Shown here piece after piece: positions 62,051-64,000 of a DNA stretch of 64,000 nt (position 1 is the stretch's first letter; every line of letters begins with the position of its first letter). This stretch comes from an uncultured delta proteobacterium. Lineage in GTDB: Bacteria > Desulfobacterota > BSN033 > UBA1163. The stretch covers positions 32,001-96,000 of the forward strand of contig CAWHBU010000004.1 in NCBI GenBank assembly GCA_963827685.1. Reading direction: 5' to 3'. The notes below the pieces were generated by a model. The model was not told the DNA's origin, did no database searches, and worked only from the letters and a program-made list of their open reading frames with translations. Made by a program: the position numbers and the translations under genes.

Positions 62051-62673
62051 ATCGCCCTCCTTTCTTCCCTTCAGTATTTCCAGTAATGTTCCTCCACTTT
62101 CGCACGAAACCCTCTGCGGCTTCAGGAGGAGTGCCTAATAGCTCTGCTCATGGGCTTTGAGTTTTCCACAACCAATGCCGAGTCTGCAAAGGGTCCTTCT
62201 TATTCCGTTGAAGTTCTTTTCGTAAATATCCGCTTCTGACACGTTATTTCTCTTTCTTCGCCTACATCTAATTCACCCTTACCACAAACTTATTTACCAG
62301 GTCAAACAAAATTTCCATTTTTTTCCTGTTGTAAGTGCTCCGCAAATTTCACCTGTCCAAGGTTGGCCGATTTAAGATTTAGATAAGATTACGAGTTAAA
62401 ACGTTCATGAATTAGCCGATATGGGTCGATGATGATTCCCTCTTACAATCTCTTGAAAGACCATAGTTTCAAAACATCGGTTTAATGCTCACTCCGATTC
62501 AAAATACCGTATTTTTCGAAGTAGAATGGGGTGTTTACCCCATTTACTTTCCAGTCCTTTCTTATAATTTAGGAGGCAAGGCACATTCTTGATCGAAAAT
62601 CATTAGTAAAAAGGGCAGATTATGTAAGATTCAGCAGTCTTAGCAAGAATGGGGAAAAAGGGGAGGTGGAGTT

Positions 62674-63612
62674 ATGAAGAGAGGAGGTTTAGTTTCTTTA
62701 TTTATTTTTTTATTTGTCTCAGCTTTAGTCTTTTTCACTCACAATAGTGTCAAGGGGGATTCAGAGTTTGTTGGTTCTGAAGTTTGCAAAGATTGCCATG
62801 AGGCCCAATATAACAAGTTTATAGGATCCATCCATGGGAAAAAGGCAATTCCAGGCAATCCTGCTAACAGGGATGGGTGCGAATCATGCCACGGCCCCGG
62901 CGCCCAGCATGTTGAAAAAGGCGGGGGAAGAGGTGTTGCCATCTTTGCGTTTAGCAAAAAGGAAAGTTCTACTGCCAGGGATTCGAAATGTCTCGCATGC
63001 CATGAAGATATGAGAGGCGTGCAAAACTGGAATCTTAGCAAGCACAAATCTTTTCTCGTCACCTGCCACGACTGCCATTCCATTCACTCACCCATGCAGA
63101 AAAAAGATCTTCTCAAATCTCCAGAACCTGATCTCTGCTTTGGGTGCCATAGGAACATCAGAGCCCAATTCAACAAACAGTCACATCATCCAGTAAAAGA
63201 GGCATTTGTCGGTCGGCAGGCGCTAAAATGCTCAAGTTGCCACAACCCGATGGGTACTTTTGACATCAAAACGATGATCAAGGCCGATTCGGTAAATGAT
63301 CTCTGTTATAAATGCCATGCCGAAAAGAGAGGACCCTTTGCATTTGAGCATATGCCTGTTCCAGAGAACTGCCTAAACTGCCACGAAGTTCATGGGAGTA
63401 ATCATAGCAGGCTTCTGACCAGGAGGGTGCCTCTCCTTTGTCAAAGCTGCCATGATACGGTAGGAGGAAGGCATAATACCGACCCCTATACCAATCTTCA
63501 CTCTTTCTCGGGTACTGCTACAGCCGGGAAAAATAGATTTTTCGGCAGGTCTTGTCTGAACTGCCATGGGAATATTCATGGAAGCAGCCTTTCTGAATTC
63601 TTTGTGCGATAG
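62674..63612 (+). CDS. DmsE/MtrA-family decaheme c-type cytochrome
   Basis: Signal peptide and ten CxxCH motifs; GCESCHGPG, SHHP, CHAEKRGPF.FEH.PV, CLNCHGNIHGS. Confidence 0.93.
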   Translation: MKRGGLVSLFIFLFVSALVFFTHNSVKGDSEFVGSEVCKDCHEAQYNKFIGSIHGKKAIPGNPANRDGCESCHGPGAQHVEKGGGRGVAIFAFSKKESSTARDSKCLACHEDMRGVQNWNLSKHKSFLVTCHDCHSIHSPMQKKDLLKSPEPDLCFGCHRNIRAQFNKQSHHPVKEAFVGRQALKCSSCHNPMGTFDIKTMIKADSVNDLCYKCHAEKRGPFAFEHMPVPENCLNCHEVHGSNHSRLLTRRVPLLCQSCHDTVGGRHNTDPYTNLHSFSGTATAGKNRFFGRSCLNCHGNIHGSSLSEFFVR

Positions 63613-63623
63613 GGGGTGAGACA

Positions 63624-64000
63624 ATGAAAGCGAAAATTATAATATTTGCACTGACTATAGGCCTCGTACCATTTTCCAGTGCCTTTTCTCAGAATAAGAC
63701 AATAGAGGGCGAGGTTTCCTTAGAAGGAATATTTGTGGATGTGGACGCGAAAGAAGGCGGTAAAGCAAAGTTCACCGAATACAGAGACCTTAGGGAAGAT
63801 GGCGGCTTTTATGGAAGGGCAAGGCTGAATCTTGATACCGATAATTATTTCCTGAACTTCAACGCGGGCGATTTGGCCTACGACACCCAATATTATAAGA
63901 TAGAGGGTGGCATGTGGGGGAAATTCAAGTTTGATCTTTTTTATGACGAAATACCCCATAATATTACCTTTGATGCCAGAACCCCTTTTATCGGGGCAGG
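63624..64000 (+). CDS. MtrB/PioB-family outer membrane beta-barrel porin (3' partial; not in the ORF track)
   Basis: MKAKIIIFAL...AKFTEYRDL...GKFKFDLFYDEIPHN..., open to the window end, 11 nt after the decaheme gene. Confidence 0.88.
   Translation, partial: MKAKIIIFALTIGLVPFSSAFSQNKTIEGEVSLEGIFVDVDAKEGGKAKFTEYRDLREDGGFYGRARLNLDTDNYFLNFNAGDLAYDTQYYKIEGGMWGKFKFDLFYDEIPHNITFDARTPFIGA

Overview
Bacterial chromosomal window. Gene content (Mtr-type multiheme/porin pair, cytochrome c3 remnant, SfrAB-like module, selenoprotein) suggests an anaerobic Deltaproteobacteria/Desulfobacterota-like organism; this is inference. Left to right: an acetate module (CoA-transferase-GNAT fusion, GNAT-like hypothetical, acs); a complete complex I operon in which nuoEFG is replaced by an SfrB/SfrA-like NADPH-type flavoprotein pair; a defence island (Hsp90-like ATPase fused in frame to DarT and split by an IS4-family element with a 9-bp TSD, DarG, TOTE-type primase-helicase); housekeeping and envelope genes (S1-like, ybaK, FKBP, ftsEX-envC-ctpA-yibQ, TlpA); a sigma54 promoter followed by a structured RNA; a copper/envelope-stress locus (cusCBA, copA, cysK, DUF302, PCYCGC selenoprotein, HtrA, SHOCT); IS200; metY-metX-metW plus a radical SAM/SPASM gene; a delta-60 repeat protein; and mtrA-mtrB (partial). 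The most striking unannotated signal is upstream of metY: two tandem leader peptides rich in Met/Cys codons, each followed by a terminator with a matching antiterminator. This looks like a double ribosome-mediated Met/Cys attenuator. No rRNA, tRNA or CRISPR array was recognised. All family calls come from motif recognition by eye; no searches were run.
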